Shown here one piece after another: positions 28,126 to 34,117 of a DNA stretch of 34,117 bases. Under the pieces are notes generated by a model. That model was not told the origin of the DNA. It saw only the letters and a list, made by a program, of their open reading frames with translations, and ran no database searches. This stretch comes from a virus. Lineage: Duplodnaviria; Caudoviricetes. Position numbers and translations under genes: made by a program. Within the stretch, counting starts at the first letter, position 1. The number at the start of each line of letters is the position of its first letter. The stretch lies in IMG/VR virus record IMGVR_UViG_3300042366_001033, positions 1-34,117 of that record; one strand, 5' to 3'.

Positions 28126-28799
28126 AACTAGCATTTTGTATTCGTGGACACCTAAGAGGCGGGCTACAAGACACACGCTTAAATGACTATATAAATCTGT
28201 TAAAACAAAACTGTCACACGGTTGATCTTTTTCTCCATACATGGAGTGAGTCAGAGGCAAAAAGCTCATACCGAAAACTAGACTATAGCGGTATTTTTAC
28301 AGTAGAAAAAACTCATCTATCCGATTATTTCTATAATCAAACTATAAAACGAGTGTGTATTGAAGATGACTCACATTTAAAATTACACGGCAACTTAGAA
28401 GGTGTCATTCCTGGCAGTCCTTGTCCAATATTGGCATGGAAACGTATGTGGGCCGGAAAGTTTAAACTGGTGTCTCACCTGTATCATAATCATACCTATG
28501 ATTATGATCTTGTAGTTAATACACGTTACGATAAATTTACTACGCGCGTGTGCTATACACCAACTAAAAATCTCTTGAAAATGACAACAGCCGGAAATGG
28601 ATTGAGTCTAAAATATCCTCAATATTATAGACAATTTAAGGGCATAGATAACTACTATGCAGGAGACATAAAAAGTATGTATGACATAACTTCAGCGTTT
28701 CATTATTCTTTAGATGATATTGTTAAAAAATATAAGGTAAGAGCCCTCCAGGAAGAACTCTTTTATAAATATGCAGTTGATCATGACTTGACCCGTTAA
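28122..28799 (+). CDS. Putative glycosyltransferase-like protein
   Basis: MKLAFCIRGHLR...VDLFLHTW...YDLVVNTRYD...DNYYAG pattern; ATGA-coupled to glf. Confidence 0.55.
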   Translation: MKLAFCIRGHLRGGLQDTRLNDYINLLKQNCHTVDLFLHTWSESEAKSSYRKLDYSGIFTVEKTHLSDYFYNQTIKRVCIEDDSHLKLHGNLEGVIPGSPCPILAWKRMWAGKFKLVSHLYHNHTYDYDLVVNTRYDKFTTRVCYTPTKNLLKMTTAGNGLSLKYPQYYRQFKGIDNYYAGDIKSMYDITSAFHYSLDDIVKKYKVRALQEELFYKYAVDHDLTR

Positions 28800-28811
28800 A
28801 ACAATGTTTTT

Positions 28812-28819
28812 TATAAATA
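28812..28819 (+). promoter_or_regulatory. T4-type late promoter
   Basis: Intergenic TATAAATA, 55 nt upstream of ATG 28875. Confidence 0.7.
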
Positions 28820-28874
28820 CATTCAGATTGATAGTCATATTGTGATGTTTCACACTTTAAAAGTATAGTTATAA

Positions 28875-29195
28875 ATGGAACCAGAAAGATCGATGCTAAA
28901 AGAGTTTCTAGAGGGTGGTTGGATAATCCCTCTCGTTGGAGCGGCGGGGATGCTTGCCCGACTCATGACAGCACAAAAACAATATACAATTCTCGAACAA
29001 CTTAAAAATATTGTATCTGCTGCCCTTGCTGCAGCAATAGCGTGGTTTATATTGGAACAGACTGATATTCCTAGTTTGTATAAAGCGATTACATATGGAA
29101 TTATAGGTGTTGTCTCTCCAGAAATTATTAATGGTATTATTAAACTGGCAAAACACTTTGAGCGCTCGCCAGAAAAATTTATTAAAAAGCCATGA
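28875..29195 (+). CDS. Holin-like membrane protein
   Basis: 106 aa, three hydrophobic segments (WIIPLVGAAGMLA; IVSAALAAAIAWFIL; AITYGIIGVVSPEII), basic C-terminus. Confidence 0.6.
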   Translation: MEPERSMLKEFLEGGWIIPLVGAAGMLARLMTAQKQYTILEQLKNIVSAALAAAIAWFILEQTDIPSLYKAITYGIIGVVSPEIINGIIKLAKHFERSPEKFIKKP

Positions 29196-29341
29196 AAACC
29201 GCAGCATGGTTAGCACTTATCACAATTATATACATAATTGCGTTTAATGCTATCATTTCTCCTAATGAAGTAATATCTCAATATGCTATATTATTAGCAC
29301 TCTGTCTTTCCTTGTGTACTGGAATCTCTATAAGAGAATAA
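29192..29341 (+). CDS. Small two-helix membrane protein (49 aa, not in ORF track)
   Basis: MKTAAWLALITIIYIIAFNAIISPNEVISQYAILLALCLSLCTGISIRE; ATGA overlap with the holin-like gene. Confidence 0.7.
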   Translation: MKTAAWLALITIIYIIAFNAIISPNEVISQYAILLALCLSLCTGISIRE

Positions 29342-29349
29342 TATAAATA
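29342..29349 (+). promoter_or_regulatory. T4-type late promoter
   Basis: TATAAATA 5 nt before ATG 29355. Confidence 0.8.
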
Positions 29350-29354
29350 AGACT

Positions 29355-29639
29355 ATGAGTACTAACGTTTACGAAAAAGGTTTAATACACCAAAACTCCT
29401 CTGCTGTTGCATATGAAGCATTAACTTTTACTGGTGGTTATTATACGCCAACGGTTGGCAAAGTATTTTCTGGTTTGTATATTGCGCCTGGTACTGCTAA
29501 TGGAACCATTGAAATTGAAGGAGTAAATGGCCAGACACGTGTACTTACATTGAGTCCAGGAGTATGGCCTCTTGGTGGTCAGCGTATAGTCCAAAGCGGA
29601 ACCGCTATATCTGCAGCTGCAGTAACTATATTATTCTAA
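29355..29639 (+). CDS. Putative head-spike base protein (RcGTA Rcc01079-like)
   Basis: 94 aa, GLYI..G..G.I.I...G....L....G..P....RI..SGT.....I.L. pattern; next gene begins MLGLGLNL. Confidence 0.55.
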   Translation: MSTNVYEKGLIHQNSSAVAYEALTFTGGYYTPTVGKVFSGLYIAPGTANGTIEIEGVNGQTRVLTLSPGVWPLGGQRIVQSGTAISAAAVTILF

Positions 29640-29643
29640 TAAT

Positions 29644-30060
29644 ATGTTAGGCCTAGGATTAAATTTGTCATACAAGTATGTCAATCCAGTTGCTACTATT
29701 GGTAGTGATAATCCAGCAAATGCTGCTGAACCAGATGCTACAGCATGGGTGTTAATGGACGGTCCATGGTACAACACTCCGGGAGACCCAAGTTCTGGTT
29801 TTGTTGGCGGTCAAAGTTGGCGCAAAATGGCTCCGATTGGATATGCACCATATGGCAACGAAACGTATGTTTATGGTGATGAAGTTGTAAGATATGAAAC
29901 TGGCGTTTGGCTCTATTTAAATTCTACGCTTGGAGAAATAGCCAGAGCTTATAGTTATGAAGGCCGTCCTTGGTTGGTAACAACATGGAATAATGGTTTC
30001 TCTGCCGCAAAGATTACTTCCTCATATGTGAAGACAACTAATTATCCAGCGGTTCCATAA
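29644..30060 (+). CDS. Putative short head fibre / decoration protein
   Basis: N-terminal MLGLGLNLS peptide; aromatic-rich domain ending RPWLVTTW. Confidence 0.55.
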   Translation: MLGLGLNLSYKYVNPVATIGSDNPANAAEPDATAWVLMDGPWYNTPGDPSSGFVGGQSWRKMAPIGYAPYGNETYVYGDEVVRYETGVWLYLNSTLGEIARAYSYEGRPWLVTTWNNGFSAAKITSSYVKTTNYPAVP

Positions 30061-30066
30061 TAGTCT

Positions 30067-30074
30067 TATAAATA
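30067..30074 (+). promoter_or_regulatory. T4-type late promoter
   Basis: TATAAATA 7 nt before ATG 30082. Confidence 0.85.
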
Positions 30075-30081
30075 ATACATT

Positions 30082-30828
30082 ATGGCAAAACCAGCATCAC
30101 GCCAAGAATTAGCAGACTATTGTTTAAGAGCACTCGGTGCTCCAGTACTTGAAATCAACATCGATGAAGATCAGATTGAGGATCGTATCGACGAGGCACT
30201 TCAGTTTTATCAAGAGTATCATAGCGACGCGGTCGTACGCACATTCGTAAAGCATCAGGTCACACAAGCAGACTATGACAACAACTATATTACTCTACCC
30301 GATCAACTTATTAGTGTGCTTCGCGTCCTAAACTTGAGCAGCGGTGATGCTGCTGATATGTTTAGTGTTAAATATCAGATGTTTTTAAATGACCTCTATG
30401 GTCTTCGCAAACCCGACTCACTCATCAACTATGAGATGACAAAACAGTATATGAACTCGATTGAGCTTATACTTACAGGCTCAACTCAGCAGATTATATT
30501 TACTCGTCACATGAATCGCCTGAGCATTCAAGACGACTGGAAAACTTATGTAAATATTGGTCAGTATATTATAATTGAAGGTTATCAAACAATCAACCCA
30601 AATGATTTTACTGACGTGTACAATGATATGCTTCTTAAAAAATATCTCACTGCATTGTTGAAACGTCAATGGTCAATAAATTTATTAAAATTTGATGGCA
30701 TGACTCTTCCAGGTGGTGTTACAATCAATGGTAGAGCTATGTATGAAGATGCTCTTAATGATATTGAAAAGATTGAAACAGATTTTGATCTTAAGTATCA
30801 AATGCCCCCAGACTTTTTTCTTGGATAG
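30082..30828 (+). CDS. gp13: Neck protein (T4 gp13-like)
   Basis: MAKPASRQEL..YCLRALGAPVLEINID.DQ..DRID.ALQ...KRQW..NL.KF.G..LPGGVT.NG...PPDFFLG; synteny with gp14-17. Confidence 0.93.
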   Translation: MAKPASRQELADYCLRALGAPVLEINIDEDQIEDRIDEALQFYQEYHSDAVVRTFVKHQVTQADYDNNYITLPDQLISVLRVLNLSSGDAADMFSVKYQMFLNDLYGLRKPDSLINYEMTKQYMNSIELILTGSTQQIIFTRHMNRLSIQDDWKTYVNIGQYIIIEGYQTINPNDFTDVYNDMLLKKYLTALLKRQWSINLLKFDGMTLPGGVTINGRAMYEDALNDIEKIETDFDLKYQMPPDFFLG

Positions 30829-30841
30829 TAGATAATACGTT

Positions 30842-31768
30842 ATGCCACGCAGTGTATATTTTAGTCAACGTTATAGACCTGAGCAGAATCTTTTAGAAGA
30901 TTTGCTTATCGAGTCTATGAAAATTATGGGGCATGACGTCTTTTATATTCCACGTAAGATTATAAAAAGAGACTTTATCCTAAACGAAGACGTTATATCA
31001 AGCTTTGACGCATCATTTCTTATTGAAATGTTTGTTGAAAGCGTTGATGGCTTTGAAGGTGACGGTGACCTCATGACAAAATTTGGTCTTGAGACACGAG
31101 ATCAATTGACACTTGTGTGCAGTCGTCGTCGATGGAACTCACTTATAGGTCGTCATGGTTATACAAATGATAGCGTTCGGCCGCGTGAAGGTGATCTCAT
31201 CTATGTACCATTCAGCGGTGGACTCTTCGAAATTAAATTTGTTGAAGACAAGAGTCCATTTTTCCAACTTGGAGGCAGTGGCGATACAAAGGGGGCTATA
31301 CCTACGTTTAAACTTACATGTGAACTCTTCGAATACGGCGGTCAAGAGATTGATACTGGAATAACAGAGGTTGACTTGATACAAGTCGGTCATACTCAAG
31401 GCTCACGTGCCCTACTAGACTTTGATGGAGATGTACATGATCTTGGTGAAACTCTAACAATTGAGTTGCCATCAGGAATTCTTGGAGAAGCAGAGTTATT
31501 GCAATATGAACATACTCCAACTGGGGCAATTGCGACATTTGGTACCTTAACATTTAATGATGGAGAGTTTCACACATTGACAGTTGGCACTGAGTTAACA
31601 GGTCAAACTTCTGGTACCACATCAACGGTAACTTCTGTAGTTGATTTAAACGATGGAGATGCAGTACTCTTTGTTAATGATGATCTCACCCAAAATAGTT
31701 CTTTTGATATTATAGGAAATGACTATATTGACTTTAGTGAAAGTAACCCGTTTGGAGACCCGTCATAA
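30842..31768 (+). CDS. gp14: Neck / head-closure protein (T4 gp14-like)
   Basis: EQNLLEDL..E...I.G.DV.YIPR, GFEG.GD..TKFGL, RPREGDLIY.P...LFEIKFVE...PFFQLG, DFSESNPFG. Confidence 0.93.
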   Translation: MPRSVYFSQRYRPEQNLLEDLLIESMKIMGHDVFYIPRKIIKRDFILNEDVISSFDASFLIEMFVESVDGFEGDGDLMTKFGLETRDQLTLVCSRRRWNSLIGRHGYTNDSVRPREGDLIYVPFSGGLFEIKFVEDKSPFFQLGGSGDTKGAIPTFKLTCELFEYGGQEIDTGITEVDLIQVGHTQGSRALLDFDGDVHDLGETLTIELPSGILGEAELLQYEHTPTGAIATFGTLTFNDGEFHTLTVGTELTGQTSGTTSTVTSVVDLNDGDAVLFVNDDLTQNSSFDIIGNDYIDFSESNPFGDPS

Positions 31769-31771
31769 GCC

Positions 31772-32557
31772 ATGTTAAATTCATCATACTATTATAATGG
31801 AAATCTTAAAAAGATTGTAGCAGTGTTTGGCACAATCTTTAATGACGTTTCTATTGCGAAAAAAGTAAATGGCAAAATGACTGGCATACAGCGTGTGCCT
31901 ATTTCATATGGACCAAAACAAAAGTTTTTGGCGCGTCTGTCTAGTACGCAAAACGAAGAGTTTGGAGACGTAGCAATCAAACTACCTCGTATGAGTTTTG
32001 AGATTACTTCAATAGCCTATGATTCAACGAGCAAACTAAATAAACTTAATAGCAAATTATATCCAGTTGAAGGTACAACTGATAGTAGGACAAGAATATA
32101 TCAGAGTGTACCATATAAAGTTAGCATTCAACTGAGTATACTTGCCCATCATCAGGATGATGCACTCCAGGTATTTGAACAGATAGTTCCATACTTTACT
32201 CCTGATTATACAGTTGCAGTAAAAGATCTTGAAGGCCCTGGTTCAATTACTGATGTGCCTATACTGCTAACTGCTACAAATTTACAAGACGACTATGAAG
32301 GAGACTTTGGAAACAGTCGGCGTACAATCATTTATACTCTTGATTTTGATATCAAGGTTAAATTTACTGGTATACAGTCTGGTCCATCAAAGGTTATTAA
32401 AATTGTTGATGTAAACCTTTATGATAACTTGAATGTTGGAGTTTCTGATCCAATTGATCGTGTACGAGTTCGTCTAGGTGATCTAGAAAATGACACACCT
32501 GAAGATTATACAATAGTCACGACATATGGATTTGATGAAGAAGACCCTGTACCATGA
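31772..32557 (+). CDS. gp15: Tail terminator / sheath stabiliser (T4 gp15-like)
   Basis: FGTIFN, VPISYGPKQKFLARL, LPRMSFEI, DDALQ..EQI.PYF.P, DDYEGDF...R.IIYTL.F. Confidence 0.93.
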   Translation: MLNSSYYYNGNLKKIVAVFGTIFNDVSIAKKVNGKMTGIQRVPISYGPKQKFLARLSSTQNEEFGDVAIKLPRMSFEITSIAYDSTSKLNKLNSKLYPVEGTTDSRTRIYQSVPYKVSIQLSILAHHQDDALQVFEQIVPYFTPDYTVAVKDLEGPGSITDVPILLTATNLQDDYEGDFGNSRRTIIYTLDFDIKVKFTGIQSGPSKVIKIVDVNLYDNLNVGVSDPIDRVRVRLGDLENDTPEDYTIVTTYGFDEEDPVP

Positions 32558-33009
32558 AAAAAGATAAAGATACCATACTGGCATCTCTTGAAAAAAATGT
32601 CTTACCAGTAAAGCATGAAATTGCAGTCTCAACTGGATCTCCAGTCGGGCCGTCACACGATGAAATTGTATTGCATGCTGAGGAAGACTATAAATTTGCC
32701 CGTGAACGCATTAAAAAACTTATTGATACAAGCGATGAGGCTATAAGCACAATGCATGCTCTCGCGAGTGATGCTGAGCATCCTCGTGCATTTGAAGTGC
32801 TTGCTGGCATGATAAAAACTGCAGCTGATATAAATGGACAATTGCTAGGATTACAAAAAGAGCGTAAAAAAATTATACAGGTTGAAGATAAGCGTGGACA
32901 ACCTGCTGCTCAAAGTACTACAAATAATGCTATATTTGTTGGTACCACTACAGAACTACAAAAGTTATTGCGTGGGGCAGTCGATGACGATGCTATTGAC
33001 GTCGAATAA
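32554..33009 (+). CDS. gp16: Terminase small subunit (T4 gp16-like)
   Basis: DYKFARE, HPRAFEV, TNNAIFVGTTTELQKLL; position after gp15. Confidence 0.9.
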   Translation: MKKDKDTILASLEKNVLPVKHEIAVSTGSPVGPSHDEIVLHAEEDYKFARERIKKLIDTSDEAISTMHALASDAEHPRAFEVLAGMIKTAADINGQLLGLQKERKKIIQVEDKRGQPAAQSTTNNAIFVGTTTELQKLLRGAVDDDAIDVE

Positions 33010-33011
33010 AA

Positions 33012-33019
33012 TATAAATA
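33012..33019 (+). promoter_or_regulatory. T4-type late promoter
   Basis: TATAAATA 6 nt before ATG 33026. Confidence 0.8.
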
Positions 33020-33025
33020 TATATT

Positions 33026-33730
33026 ATGGCAACACATGATTTTGGCGACGGAAATGGACCAGTGGAGGCTGCTCAACATTCTAATGGTGGCGGATGGGTT
33101 GCAGCGACTGCAACCGTTTCGTCTGCTGTAGAAGTTGAGGCAACTGCTAAAGTGTATGGCAATGCTAGAGTGCATGCCAATGTTTTAGATAGCGTTAAAA
33201 TACGTGGTAATGCCCGTATTTTTGGTAATGCATATGTCTTTGGGGCTGTTGAAGTATATGGCAATGCAAAGGTATATGGCTCGGCAAAAGTGTATGGCAG
33301 CGCACTCGTATATGGCAACTCTGAAATATATGGGCATGCTCGTGTATTTGACAATGCATATATATTTGGCGACGCCAGAGTATATGGCGCCTGTAAGATT
33401 TTTGATAAAGCAAAGGTATATGGAACTGCAAACATTTATAATCGTCCACTTATATCTGGGTCTGCTGAAATATATGACAGTGCACGCGTCTCTGGCAGCG
33501 TAAAAGTATATGGAGCAGCATTAATTTATGGCACAAATACACTCGTTTCTGGAAATGCAACAATATCTGGAACTGCTAAAGTTTATGGCGGGGCCCGTGT
33601 CTCTGGAAATGCTTGTATCTATGGCGGCGCTCAAGTTCATGTTGGCGCAAATGTATACAATGAGGCACAGGTGTATGGAACTGCAATTATTACAAACCTA
33701 ACAATTGATGATGAAGATGAATACTATTAA
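33026..33730 (+). CDS. Hexapeptide-repeat (left-handed beta-helix) protein
   Basis: About 30 [VI]-[YFS]-G-x-A-x hexapeptides (VYGNAK, VYGSAK, ISGTAK); acidic tail DDEDEYY. Confidence 0.85.
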   Translation: MATHDFGDGNGPVEAAQHSNGGGWVAATATVSSAVEVEATAKVYGNARVHANVLDSVKIRGNARIFGNAYVFGAVEVYGNAKVYGSAKVYGSALVYGNSEIYGHARVFDNAYIFGDARVYGACKIFDKAKVYGTANIYNRPLISGSAEIYDSARVSGSVKVYGAALIYGTNTLVSGNATISGTAKVYGGARVSGNACIYGGAQVHVGANVYNEAQVYGTAIITNLTIDDEDEYY

Positions 33731-33760
33731 TTAGATTCATTATTTATTATATTATGCTGC

Positions 33761-34117
33761 ATGACTGCGCCTGATTCATACAACGGGAACCCATACATCA
33801 AACGAGACGGTGTACAACAACAGTTTACTGCTCATGAAATATCTGAGTATAAAAAATGTATGGCAAGTGTGTCATACTTTGCCGAACACTATGTAAAGGT
33901 TATAAATCTTGATCATGGTCTTGTAAACTTTAAGCTTCGTGGCTATCAAGAAAAGATGGTCGATCATTTTACAAACAATCGCTTTAGTATTATTCTTGCG
34001 TGTCGTCAGAGTGGTAAGTCTGTGACAAGTGTTGCCTGGTTGTTACACTATGCAATATTCAATCCTGACAAAAAAATTGGCATACTTGCAAACAAAGGAG
34101 CGACTGCTCGTGAGATG
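33761..34117 (+). CDS. gp17: Terminase large subunit, N-terminal part (T4 gp17-like; truncated by window, not in ORF track)
   Basis: MTAPDSYNGNPYIKR...KC...YFAEHYVK...GLVNF.L..YQ...CRQSGKS (Walker A)...ILANKGATAREM, open to the window end. Confidence 0.95.
   Translation, partial: MTAPDSYNGNPYIKRDGVQQQFTAHEISEYKKCMASVSYFAEHYVKVINLDHGLVNFKLRGYQEKMVDHFTNNRFSIILACRQSGKSVTSVAWLLHYAIFNPDKKIGILANKGATAREM

Noticed and set aside
28841-28854. CRP/FNR binding site TGTGA...TCACA
   Set aside because: Spacer is 4 nt rather than the required 6; kept only as a possible small RNA hairpin.
2241-33503. Many 60-145-aa antisense and alternate-frame ORFs inside long genes
   Set aside because: Shadows of Thr/Gly/Ala/Ser-rich or repetitive coding sequence; no promoters or recognisable motifs.
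1-34117. Stop-codon reassignment, introns or inteins
   Set aside because: TAA, TGA and TAG all end genes at expected positions; conserved gp13-gp16 and the visible part of gp17 are uninterrupted.
1-34117. Bacterial chromosome or giant-virus origin suggested by glf, GT, radical SAM and BspA-like genes
   Set aside because: The gp13-gp17 block and repeated TATAAATA boxes identify a T4-like phage. The host cannot be assigned from this window.

Overview
A 34-kb segment of a T4-like (myovirus-type) phage genome, mostly late structural genes on the + strand. The right end carries the conserved neck/packaging block gp13-gp14-gp15-gp16-(inserted hexapeptide-repeat gene)-gp17 (truncated). The central ~28 kb is an accessory appendage region: a 2260-aa tail fibre with a 17-aa beta-solenoid repeat and a C-terminal S74 chaperone, two collagen-tipped carbohydrate-binding-type paralogues, a second fibre, a propeller protein, a LamG protein, a BspA/DUF285-like repeat protein, small adaptor-like genes and a probable head-spike base/fibre pair. 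Glycan genes flank it: an AT-rich glycosyltransferase + radical SAM/SPASM block on the left, and UDP-galactopyranose mutase + a GT-like gene on the right, followed by two holin-like membrane genes. Most notable: T4 late boxes (TATAAATA) sit 5-7 nt before the ATG with no Shine-Dalgarno, suggesting leaderless mRNAs; two repeat arrays show nucleotide-identical frameworks with combinatorially shuffled variable slots; short exact repeats flank swappable domains; and a recurring 'terminal peptide + small adaptor gene' layout suggests modular branched fibres. No RNA genes, CRISPR array, reverse transcriptase or recombinase were seen. All family calls are from motif recognition by eye, not database searches.
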